Shown here: piece by piece, positions 11,573-22,179 of the stretch
How the letters are laid out: each line of letters opens with the position of its first letter
Position numbering within the stretch: position 1 is the first letter of the stretch
DNA from: Nemertoderma westbladi
Taxonomy: Eukaryota; Animalia; Xenacoelomorpha
DNA: 37,792 nucleotides
NCBI GenBank assembly: GCA_032718475.1
Contig: JAUCBJ010001354.1
Coordinates: forward strand, 1 to 37,792
Direction: 5' to 3'
Program-made: the position numbers and the translations under genes
The notes under the pieces: model-generated
Databases searched by the model: none
What the model was told of the DNA's origin: nothing
The model's input: only the letters and a program-made list of their open reading frames with translations

Positions 11573-11897
11573 AGGAAATTGCGTTCGCGAATTAAAGCGG
11601 GATAATCAAATTAAATTATCAAAAACTAGCTAGTACATAAAATGACCCACTATTTTACAAGAAAAAATGAGTTTTGTAAAGGCTGAAAGTAGGCCTATTC
11701 ATATTATAAATGAACTGTCAGAGTGTTACAGGCAGACAGGGTTGTAGCTTACTGCTGTACTGCAGTACCGGTACCTTGCAGCCTTGCCAATGACTGAATG
11801 AAATATGCCTAAAACATGCCTAAATCGATGCAGGATGCAGAGAAACACACTAACAGCTGATAACTGCTTTAAACAATTGTAATTGGTTAAATACAAT

Positions 11898-12387
11898 GGG
11901 TCCTACGAATTACCCCAAAATACCCCAAAACACCCCAAAATACCCCAAAATACTCCAAAATACCCCAAAATAGTCAAATATTACCCCAAAATACCCCAAA
12001 AAGGCTAAAAAATTACCCCAAAATACCCCAAAATAAGCTAACCATGTTTTTTAACAGCGAGGGAAAGGAGCAGGTTACAGTGGCAAGTTTTTTTAACCAA
12101 AACAATAAACGAGAGTGAAGAAAAATTTTTTAATTATTTTGGGGTAATTCGTCATTATTTTGGGGTAATTCGTCATTTTGCCATATTTTGGGGTAAATTA
12201 AATTTCCAAAACAAAGGCTGAAAAAAAAGTATTTTGGGGTAATTCTAAACTATTTTGGGGTATTTTGGGGTAATTCTAAACTATTTTGGGGTATTTTGGG
12301 GTAGTTTTATACTATTTTGGGGTCTTTTGGGGTGTTTTGGGGTATTTTGGGGTGTTTTGGGGTATTTTGGGGTAATTCGTAGGACCG
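11898..12387. mobile_element. Fold-back element whose TIRs are arrays of TACCCCAAAA, with 8-bp TSD
   Basis: Left GGGTCCTACGAATTACCCCAAAATACCCC; right GGGGTATTTTGGGGTAATTCGTAGGACCG. Flanked by the direct repeat AATACAAT (11890-11897, 12388-12395). Confidence 0.9.
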
Positions 12388-12607
12388 AATACAATTCATT
12401 GTCATAACAACGGAGATACAATAATTTTCAAACAACCTTTATTGTAATAGGCTCAAGGTGTATTAATTAAACTTGCGCTTAGATGATAATCTACAACTCA
12501 CTGAAAAATCACCCAGAAATCAGCCACTCAGATGATAGAAATAACCTCATATATTAGCCAATAGTGTCCACCTTTAGTACATACGCCTGCCTGGTGTGGT
12601 CTGGTAA

Positions 12608-13516
12608 GGCCCGTTGAGGCCCGTTGCTTTTTTTGAGCTTTTTTCAAGTTTGTTTTGGCTTTTCTAACTTTCAGTTAAAATTGAGATATAATTTGAATGT
12701 TCTAGAATTAGATCATTGTTCTCATTTAGTTATTGTTTTTAAGTGAGATGGTTAGTAGTTATCCCACTTAATTTAAAGCAATTTAATCCCAAAAATTGAA
12801 TTATGCGCACTAAGAAGTGTCTCAAATTTTTAACACCACTGTGAGTGAGCTATTCTCTAGCTGCATTAGGAGCAAGTGGTGTATCATTAGCTGCCAATAT
12901 ACCTCGAAATACGAAATGTACGGAGAATGCGAAGCTCACTTCCCGACGAACCCAGCGGACGCACTCCGAATAAGGCGTCCCGCGCTTCAAGGACAGGAGA
13001 ATTCCAAGACGTTTGATAAACTGGGTTGTAGACGGGGAGAGTCCACCAAATACCGAAAAAATCAAAGGCGTGAAGGTGGCGAGCTCGATCTCACGTACCC
13101 GTTCCTCATAGTGGTTGTGTTTGTGGGCCTTGTGGTGTAGATGGGTATACTCGAGGGTCATGGCGGCATTCGACTGAGCCAGGTGATTGAATACCGAGAC
13201 ATCAAGGAATGTCTTTTGGTAACGAGATCCCCAAAACCCGCAACAGGACAAGTCAAGGCCAAAATACGTATAATTGTAGCATTTTCAAAATTCGACCCAG
13301 CTTTTATTTGAGTTATTTTTCGAGCTTTTTTTCTCGCTTTTTTCAAGTTTTTTTTAAAGCCTTTTTGGGGCTTTTTTTTAGCTTTTTTTGAGCTTTATTC
13401 TATAGTTTAGGTTTTAGTATTCGAAAATTCGCAGATTCATCTTGAAGCAATTAATTTCTAGAAATTGTTTTAATTAAAAAAAGCTTGAAAAAAGCAGCGG
13501 AAAGCGGAAACGGGCC
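12608..13516. mobile_element. Degenerate TIR element with GGCCCGTT...AACGGGCC ends and GCTTTTTT subterminal repeats
   Basis: GGCCCGTT at 12608 and 12618; AACGGGCC at 13509-13516. GCTTTTTTCAAG motifs occur in inverted orientation near both ends. No TSD seen. Confidence 0.45.
12850..13256 (-). mobile_element. C-terminal restriction-like endonuclease fragment of a CRE-clade non-LTR retrotransposon
   Basis: Translation GFWGSRYQKTFLDVSVFNHLAQSN...KHNHYEERVREIELATFTPLIFSVFGG...KRLGILLSLKRGTPYS...WVRREVSFA matches the pattern I recognise from animal CRE-type RLE domains. Confidence 0.8.
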
Positions 13517-14046
13517 TTTAGAATACTTCAATTAACTTCACATTTGTCGCATGTTTTTTAGTTGGAGGAGTAACATCACGGTGTTTCAAACGCAGGTGTT
13601 TTTTTATAGAACCCACTCAGCCACTGCGTTTGAAAACTATTCCGCACTCAGTGCATGAAAATGACATTGGGATAGGCTAATAAAAACTGAAAGTTCATAA
13701 CAAAGTAGGCCTAGGCCCTAATTAATACTGTAATACATACAGTAAATACAAGAGGCCTACCACGCACAATGGCCTAACAGAAAAGATAGTTAATAACTTC
13801 CAAATTAATAATACAGTACATAGACCCTTACAATAAATACATAATACAGAATACGGTACAGTAATAAACAATTACATAATCTGATAATTACTGAATTAAC
13901 ATTGTATTGCTGCTGTACCGGTATTGTAGAAATAACATGCAGGGAGCTATCAGTCTCCTAATTGGCTAATATTTAATGAGGTTATTCCTATTACCTGAGA
14001 TGAGAAGCTGATTTCTGAGTTTTAGATTCAACATCTAAGCGCTAGT

Positions 14047-14363
14047 CTAAATAAAAGGTCATGCAGCGAGCGGATTGCTGAAATTAGCGTGGGCCGATCT
14101 TTTCCCTATTTATGGCACTATTTTCATAATATTTCCTTAGAAACTTATTTTATGCTACTTTGGTTAGGTGGATATGATGACTAGGGTTCATAGAAATGTA
14201 ATAAAATGTCTTTCTGGAATTTTTATCTTGTAGTTGCCAAGGTAACCGGGTTCAAAGTTCAAACTTTGCGCGCCTGTATTTCAAGGCGATAATGGATTCT
14301 TCCCTTGAGATTTGGTAGGTGATTAAAGGAAATAAAAGACGATCAAAATATTTTACTATTTGA
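14047..14363. mobile_element. Solo arm of the MITE family at 20061-20967
   Basis: Near-identical to the reverse complement of about 20645-20958 (e.g. GGTCATGCAGCGAGCGGATTGCTGAAATTAGCGTGGGCCGATC). Confidence 0.9.
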
Positions 14364-14630
14364 CCTCCGAACCACTTGCAGACTTACTGGGTGAGTCAAC
14401 ATTTTGATTTTGGATCAATCTTTAGCTAGGCCTATAAGATAAATAATGCGACAAGCAAATAATAATAATAATAACAAGCGTTTAAATAGAAGTGTTTCGG
14501 CGGACAAAATGTCTTATACTATTGTTTTCATATTAAATAGAAGTGTATTCGTCGATATTTCATCAGTCGCACCCCAGTTATTCGTGAACCTCATAGGAAG
14601 AAACACGCGTATATCATTAATTTACAAGAC

Positions 14631-14660
<30 letters not shown>
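14631..14660. repeat. (TGAT)n microsatellite
   Basis: About 7.5 perfect units. Confidence 0.95.
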
Positions 14661-14662
<2 letters not shown>

Positions 14663-15148
14663 TTTTACACATAATTAAAACCTTTTAAAATTCACAATAA
14701 TACATTTATAAAGATTACGTTACGATATTAGGCCTACAGTACAAGTAATAACACTAGATATTTAGGAGCACCAATACTGATTTATGTAGATAGTCATCTT
14801 ATAAAATGTTTACTTACTTAAATAAAAGGTTCTGGTGTAAGGATAGCCTCATGAGGTATATACCTCGTTTCCATGAGGGTCCTATAATAATTTTCATACT
14901 CTAATATTTAAAGCTAGGTAAAGAGTCACGCAAGGTAAAAAAATTATGAAAGTTCGTTGATAAAATGTAGTACTCTTAAAAGATTGATAAAATTCGTTAA
15001 AGGTTTGTTAAAATTTGTGAAACATAGGACGCTAAAATATTGATAAAATGTACCAATCAATATGCACTAAAATTTGCTTATTTACACAAATAATAAAATA
15101 ACTATTTATTGTACGGTAAATAAAATATGCTTTATTTATCGTTCGTCC

Positions 15149-15252
15149 CGAGATCTGTTATTTACCGACCGAGCGCCGCGAGTGAGGTAAATAACAGATC
15201 TCGATAACAAGGAGGAAATAACTCGTCATGGGGCGACCCAGGATGAGTTTCC
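15149..15252. other. Double hairpin, possible transposon terminus
   Basis: Perfect 18-bp stem CGAGATCTGTTATTTACC / GGTAAATAACAGATCTCG (15149-15166 / 15186-15203) with loop GACCGAGCGCCGCGAGTGA. A second imperfect stem spans 15214-15252 with a GCGA loop. Confidence 0.75.
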
Positions 15253-15616
15253 TTTATTTGTATTAGCTTGCGTTGGCAGAAACTGTTTTTGCGAGCGGTT
15301 ATATTTTTCGGTTATTTGAAAATTTAAAATAATTAAAAAGTAAAAACCACACGAATAATTATAAAAAAGTAATGTTTCGCTCAAGAGTTAAAAGTCCCAT
15401 TTTCGGATGTTTATTTCACAACTGACAGACTGATAGCATAAACTATTATAATGGCGCTAAATATTTTTTATAGTAAGCGCGTTTTGTTAGATTAATTTGG
15501 TAATTTCAGCTCAGGTTACGTGTTCTCCAAATCTCCATATAAATGTATCTCTCTATAAGGTAAGAAGGGATAATGACCCCGGGTTGGGTTGCCTGAGATT
15601 TTATGACCGACCGTTT

Positions 15617-15804
15617 ATTATGTGGAGTCAGTCTGGATAGAACTGAGTCTAACCTTTTGTGTTTCGAACGTCTGCCAGCGATAGAGTGAGAAACGCGAGG
15701 AACATTGAAAGAGGAAAGCCTATTTGGTGGAAAGTTTCTTGGTAGAATATAATCCGAAGAAATGTTACCCGTTGCATCGTTTAACAAGCGGGGACTAACA
15801 CTAT
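15617..15804 (-). pseudogene. Isolated fragment of the 3' part of exon 2 of the YR-like paralogs
   Basis: Encodes NDATGNISSDYILPRNFPPNRLSSFNVPRVSHSIAGRRSKHKRLDSVLSRL, clearly homologous to 19030-19200 and 22250-22430. Confidence 0.8.
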
Positions 15805-16273
15805 GTTTACACATGGACTTCGAATTTTTTCATTAACAATGCAAAATTAAAAAGAAACGCGAGCAAAACTCAAAGTGAGCGAAATTTTGACATTTTAACA
15901 ATATGTAAAATGAAGTTGAAACGCGAGCGAAGTGAGTGAAATTTTTTGTGGCAAATTATTTTTCTCACTTTGCATGCACTTTAACTTTTTTCTGTTTTCT
16001 GTTTCTGCTCACCTCATTTTTACCGTTCTTACTTTAAATGTGACTTAGATTGTCTGCCTCTGTCCGTTTGTTTGTCTGTCTGTCTGTTAGTAGAACAAAG
16101 GTAGTCTAGATTTCATCAACCATGAATCCGCTACGCTGCTACCGGTACCGGTACCAATCAAATTGCAGGTAGTAAGGACTTTTAGCTGTTTAGGTAGGCT
16201 GTTAGGTACCGGTACGGTATTGAGTAGGCCTTAGTTGCATTCCAAACTTGCAAATTCAGAGATATGAGATAAT

Positions 16274-17236
16274 ATGTCATCAAAGCGCAATGTTGATGAT
16301 ATTCTTAAATTCCCGATGCCAAAACGTGATGTCGCTAAAGGTCTAAAATTACCCGTACCGTCCCGCAGTAAGCCGCTGTATGATTTAGCTTACAAAGAGT
16401 TTATAGCCTTCGCTGGTACTAATACCCCAGTCGAAAGGCATTACCTCTTATACTTCGACCATCTGCACAAAGAGAAGCGACGGAAAGCGTCAACGATTTG
16501 GTCAACATTCAGTAAACTTAACGGTATCCACCAGCGGAAATTCGGAGAACGTCTTCAGAAGTGGCCACGAATAACGAAACTATTAAAAAGCTATGAAGCT
16601 TCTTATGTTAAGAAGTCGGGTTCGGTTTTTTCGAAGGGAGAAGTTCAAGCATTCCTAGACAGAACCGATCACACACCCTTTTGGCTGGTTAGGAAGGCTG
16701 CAATTGTCACTGCCTTGTCAGGTGATTTGCGATGTGCCGAATTGAAGGAGATAAACATGGGGGATGTTGAAATGCAGGATGATGGTGCATTGGTGACCTT
16801 CAATCAGAAAAAGCAACGCGGAGATACCGGTAAGATGTCGTTCTCGTTTTTAGTTCCGTATCCAATGGCAGCCCATATCGATAACTACCTTACAGCTCTC
16901 GAATATTCCCTTCCAGGCCAGATTGCCGAGTCAACTCCTTTCATTATGGGCACACCGTGTACGAAACACGCTGCGAATACCCGCAAACCCAAAACACCCA
17001 AGTTTGTAAGCCAACCGATGGGGATACATTCGATATATCGTTTTGGCATTGATATTGCCAAATATCTAAATCTTGATAACCCAGAAACTTACACGGGGCA
17101 ATTCCTCGGGCGCAATAAGACCAACTTGACAGATGATAGCATAGGCGGTTCTCTACGTCATATCGAATGGAAGGCAGACGATACACCACAGCGAGAGATT
17201 GTGAAGAATTCCGACTGCGACATTACCCGCAGCCAG
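16274..17236 (+). CDS. YR-like gene A, exon 1: Crypton-type tyrosine recombinase domain, catalytically degenerate (321 codons)
   Basis: Motifs PSRSKPLY, KASTIWS, KKSGSVFSKGEVQAFL, SGDLRCAEL, YTGQFLGR, LRHIEWK. Donor CAG|GTAAAG at 17236/17237 (phase 0); AT-rich intron follows. Confidence 0.8.
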
Positions 17237-17286
17237 GTAAAGTTTAGTTATTTTGTACAAAAATGTACAATAAAGTATTACAATAA

Positions 17287-17512
17287 ATTGCTAATATTAC
17301 ATAATTATTTTGCTAATATTACATAATTATATTGCTAATATTACATAATTATATTGCTAATATTACATAATTATATTGCTAATATTACATAATTATATTG
17401 CTAATATTACATAATTATATTGCTAATATTACATAATTATATTGCTAATATTACATAATTATATTGCTAATATTACATAATTATATTGCTAATATTACAT
17501 AATTATATTGCT
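17287..17512. repeat. 22-bp minisatellite (ATTGCTAATATTACATAATTAT) x ~10, in the intron of gene A
   Basis: Direct reading; nearly perfect units. Confidence 0.97.
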
Positions 17513-18257
17513 TAGTTAAAGGTGCTGGCTTGATAGATTTAATTATGTATTTTATACTGTTTTGCTCACTGTTGCTGTTGTACCTGTTTAAATGACCTTA
17601 ATATACTTCCCAACGATCCGGCCTTTTATTCCAATATAGTGAGAGTATTAGACACAATATAGATGACATTGTCAATCGACCTTATACTTAATATAGCCGC
17701 CGGTGGCGTAAAGTCCGGATGAATAATAAAGAAAATGGTGAAGTAGAATACCGATTACAATAAAAAATAAAACAACGTTGTAATGGTCATCAAGCTTTGA
17801 CAATATCCTACCCAAATATTACTTTATGATTAAGTCTGTCCCTTTTTTTAATTATTGTACACACAAATCGTGACGATTCCCGAAATTTGAATTCGATACT
17901 TTAGCATGACAAGTTGGGAGGGAGTCTGAAATTTTATTTCAGCCATTAAAGCCCTTTTCGAGGGTTCATAAAAGTATATATCAGCAACGCAGATGTTCTA
18001 CTAGGCAACCCGCAACCACTGTATGTACTTTCTAACTATCTAGGATCTGTTAACCGACTGGTGATCTCGATTTAAACAATCTTTGTTGTGCCGTCCTAAA
18101 TTTGATCGATTACTTTTAATTACAATATAAATATTGTTTAAAGATTTCAGGATAAAGCATTTTATGAATAATTTACTGAGATCCAACACTCTCGACTCTG
18201 GACAGGAAGCTGTAGAATTGTATTACCTTAATAAAATTACGTTATTCAAATTTATAG

Positions 18258-19292
18258 GTTCAAACCACCCAACCGGACTCGAATGTTGTTGCTGAATCAT
18301 CTCGGAGTTGGCGGGGACCAGATACTGGCAGTGGCACTGATAAAGGTCCAGCCTCTAGTAGTACCCGACAATCAGAAGCCACCTCAGTGGTTAGGGGGAC
18401 TTCAGAGGGGGTCCCTGTGGTTAGGGGGACTTCAGAGGGAGTCCCTGTGGTTAGGGGAACCGCAAAGGCTACCGTTGTGGGGTGTGAGACTGCTGAGAAA
18501 GCCATTCCCCAGCACGGCCACCACAATGGTTGCGCGAGCACCAAGCCGGAAACCTACACGGTCCGCTTCGTTATAACTCCGCCTTGCGATTGCGGCCTTA
18601 CGAACTGCGTTGCCACTCAACCCTCGCGTAGAAACGAGACCCGACCAGAAGGAGTCTCGAACGGGAGCCCCGCTGTATCCAAGCAACCTACCCAAACTCT
18701 ATCGAACGGAGGCGTTTCTACCAAACAGAAAATCGATGAATTCGAATCGATTATTGAAGATGATTTCAGAAGTTCCTTACAGAAATCCAAGTTGGCTACA
18801 GAAGGGGGAATTCCAAATCCAGTAACTCCGTCGATGTCAAAGATAACTTCCATTGTTGGATCTTATCTCATGAAGTCTGGTGGAAGAGCCTCTGATGATC
18901 TGTCAACCTCGATAAATAATCGCGTCGGAAATCTTAATCAATCAAAACCAGATCGGATCCAAGATCACTTAACTCGATCTCACAATACAAATGATCTGGT
19001 TGCTCCATCTGATAGTGTTAGTACCCTTGTTAACGATGCAGCGGGTAACATTTCTTCGGATTATTATATTCTACCAAGAAACTTTCCATCAAATAGGATT
19101 TCCTCTTCCAATGATCCTCGCGTTTCTCACTCTATCGCTGGCAGACGTTCGAAACACAGAAGGTTCGACTCAGTTCTATCCAAACTGAATCCATATAATC
19201 GTTGGCGCTCGACGTTTAAGAAACGACAACGTTATCGCCACAAGAGGATGTTACCACCTCAACTCGGCCGAACGGCAGAAGATGGTCAATAG
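18258..19292 (+). CDS. YR-like gene A, exon 2: Ser/Thr-rich, probably disordered tail (344 aa); spliced product about 665 aa
   Basis: Acceptor TTTATAG|G at 18257/18258 is in frame with ORF 18387-19292 and phase-compatible with exon 1. Homology to the paralog begins at this acceptor. Contains a 30-bp repeat (VVRGTSEGVP). Confidence 0.72.
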   Translation, partial: VQTTQPDSNVVAESSRSWRGPDTGSGTDKGPASSSTRQSEATSVVRGTSEGVPVVRGTSEGVPVVRGTAKATVVGCETAEKAIPQHGHHNGCASTKPETYTVRFVITPPCDCGLTNCVATQPSRRNETRPEGVSNGSPAVSKQPTQTLSNGGVSTKQKIDEFESIIEDDFRSSLQKSKLATEGGIPNPVTPSMSKITSIVGSYLMKSGGRASDDLSTSINNRVGNLNQSKPDRIQDHLTRSHNTNDLVAPSDSVSTLVNDAAGNISSDYYILPRNFPSNRISSSNDPRVSHSIAGRRSKHRRFDSVLSKLNPYNRWRSTFKKRQRYRHKRMLPPQLGRTAEDGQ

Positions 19293-20060
19293 CTAACCGA
19301 CATGAAGTTCAATTAATTTATGGTCTTAAGTGCTAATTACAAGAAATCTAACGAACAATAACTCGAATATTTTCCACATTAATTGGGGGAATATGTTTTG
19401 TCAATAATTTCTAATAACAACTATAACACTAGCTATGATGCGATTCGGTTTACATTTATGTTGCGTTACTATGGTGGTTTTTTTTCGATGTTTATATTAA
19501 ATAATTGAATTACTTGAGATTCAACTTTTTCGTTTTAATTAAATTAAGATAAAAAATATTTAAGTAAAAAATCGTTCAGATTCGTATTTATTTATTAAAT
19601 CTGAGTTTTAATTTACGGTTTGGTACCGGTCCGGTATTTATACACGAGTATTACTTGGTCTCCGAGCGGCAAACAGCGAAGCTAGTAGCGTCGTAGCTGG
19701 AGAAAATTGCACTAAAAATATAAGATCTGAGCCGAGTTGGAGTTTAAATCAATATTAAATGTTAAGAATATTGATTGCTATTATAATAAACTGTATCCCA
19801 CATGAGACCCAACCAATGTCCGTTGCGAGTACGGTGGGAAGGGAACAGATTTTGGATTTAATGACGTTTTATCGCCTATAAAATAAGTGAAAAAATTGAA
19901 AATTATTAATAATATTTATTTTCAAGCAGTCAGACCAGTCTGTCAGGCTGATTGATAGCCGTGAGCTATTTAAGCACGTCAAGGTTACACGTAGTGCTGC
20001 GAACTGAAAAAAATTGCTTTCTTTCGGTTTCAGTTCGAATAAACCAAGGTGAACTACATA

Positions 20061-20967
20061 CAAGTTGTACTAAATAACAGGTCATGCAGCGCGCGGATTG
20101 CTGAAATTAGCGTGAGGCCGATCGTTTCCCTATTTATGACACTATTTTCATAATATTTCCTTAGAAACCTATTTTATGCTACTTTGGTTAGGCGGATATG
20201 ATGACTAGGGTTCATAGAAATGTAATAAAATGTCTTTCTGGAATTTGTATCTTGTAGTTGCCAAGGTAACCGGGTGCAAAGTTCAAATTTGAAGCGCCTG
20301 TAATTCAAGACGACAAGGGATTCTGTTCTTGAGATTTGGTATATGAGTGAAGGGAGTAAAAGTCTATCAAAATATTTGATATTAAAAAAATGTTTCCATC
20401 CCGTTTCCATAGTGACGGGAATTACGATAATTTCCCATTATGACCGCCAGATAGAAATTGGGCTACTATTTACTACTTCTATAATTTTCAACAAACATGC
20501 CTGGTGAAATAAAATTTAACGTAATTTAGACTTATTATTTAGACTGAAAACCGAATAAAAATGGTGTTTTATAGAATTGGTAGACAATTTTTTAAATTTT
20601 TCATTACACCTATTTCCATGGCAACGGGAAAGTAAATAAATTCAAATGGAAAATATTTTGATAGAATTTTATTTCCTTTAATCACCTACCAAACATCAAG
20701 GAAAGAATCCATTATTGCCTTGAAACACAGGCGCGCAAAGTTTGAAATTTGCACCCGGGTTACCTTGGCAACTACAAGATAAAAATTCCAGAAAGACATT
20801 TTATTACATTGCTATGAATCCTAGTCATCATATCCACGTAACCAAAGAAGCACATAAGAAGTTTCTAAGGAAATATTATGAAAAAAGTGCCATAAATAGG
20901 GAAAAGATCGGCCCACGCTAATTTCAGCAATCCGCTCGCTGCATGACCTGTTATTTAGTACACCTTG
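20061..20967. mobile_element. 907-bp MITE with long TIRs and TA TSD (Tc1/mariner-type target)
   Basis: TA|CAAGTTGTACTAAATAACAGGTCATGCAGC ... GCTGCATGACCTGTTATTTAGTACACCTTG|TA. Arms are complementary for more than 300 bp. Confidence 0.92.
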
Positions 20968-21518
20968 TAATAAAATATTCATTTCAGTTCAAGTTCCCAC
21001 GGAATTAATTACCCAACCAAAGGCAAAATTTAACAGTTTCAATTTTATTGATTTATCTAATTGTTTCCTCTTCTATTTCTTTATTATTTATTGAATTATT
21101 AAAAATAAACTCAGTTATCGCTTTCACTCAAAATCAACTTTTTCCACCTTCACCTTAAGAAATCTCTTCTACCTCTACTTTGGGAGCCGACACACAGTTG
21201 CACTCCCTTCGGCAACTGGGATTCTAAAATCGAAGGATTCTCCGCATCTCAACGCCCAGTTCACCACAGCTACATTACAAGCTCTGAATAATATTCTAGG
21301 CAGATCAGCGGTTATATGAAACTGTTTGCTTGCCACCAAAACGCACTCTTACACACCCATTTGTTTACCAGACACTTACCACTTGACACCTAATATGTTG
21401 GCTACATGTTAGACTATATATCTTCTTGACACTAGGTTGTCTGTGGGTACATAAAATTGAACCTAGTTGTAATCAGGACTACAATTAATACTTGGACTAA
21501 AATTCAGACACAATCAGT

Positions 21519-21803
21519 TTGGATTCATTCTAGCTGGTCTGGGATCGTCTCGTCTGTGGATTTAGTTGGATTCATTCTAGCTGGTCTGGGGTCGTCTCGT
21601 CTGTGGATTTAGTTGGATTCATTCTAGCTGGTCTGGGGTCGTCTCGTCTGTGGATTTAGTTGGATTCCTTCTAGCTGGTCTGGGGTCGTCTCGTCTGTGG
21701 ATTTAGTTGGATTCATTCTAGCTGGTCTGGGGTCGTCTCGTCTGTGGATTTAGTTGGATTCATTCTAGCTGGTCTGGGGTCGTCTCGTCTGTGGATTTAG
21801 TTG
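21519..21803. repeat. 47-bp minisatellite x ~6
   Basis: Unit GTTGGATTCATTCTAGCTGGTCTGGGGTCGTCTCGTCTGTGGATTTA; starts at 21565, 21612, 21659 and so on. Confidence 0.97.
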
Positions 21804-22179
21804 TTAGAGTGTTATTTAGTTACATGGTCTACTTAAATAAATTGCCAAGGGAATGTAATGTCCCTTAATGATTTATTGTAATGATTGAATGATTAATTCA
21901 GCATTATTATGTTGGATCAGATATTACTTGGAGGTGTTAGGTTGGCTTGACATACAATGAAAATAGGAGAGAAAGTGAAAGAAGATATTACCGGTGTCTT
22001 TATGTTAGAACCCCACACCCACCCTTTGTACTAAAATATTATATCTTATGCTGCTTACATTGAAAACTCATATTTCGAATCAATCAGGTAACAAAATATT
22101 GATTTAAGTTACTAAAATGTAGTATTACGTAGGGTTCTTTTATAAATCAGTTGAAAGGTTGTGATCTAATGAGTGATCG

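Noticed and set aside
14545-14570. CTGATGA on the minus strand as a hammerhead ribozyme core
   Set aside because: No stem II and GAAT in place of GAAA.
16274-17326. Single-exon 350-aa or active recombinase, or a prophage integrase
   Set aside because: The ORF tail runs into AT-rich intron and minisatellite after a good donor; catalytic His and Tyr are missing; no phage context.
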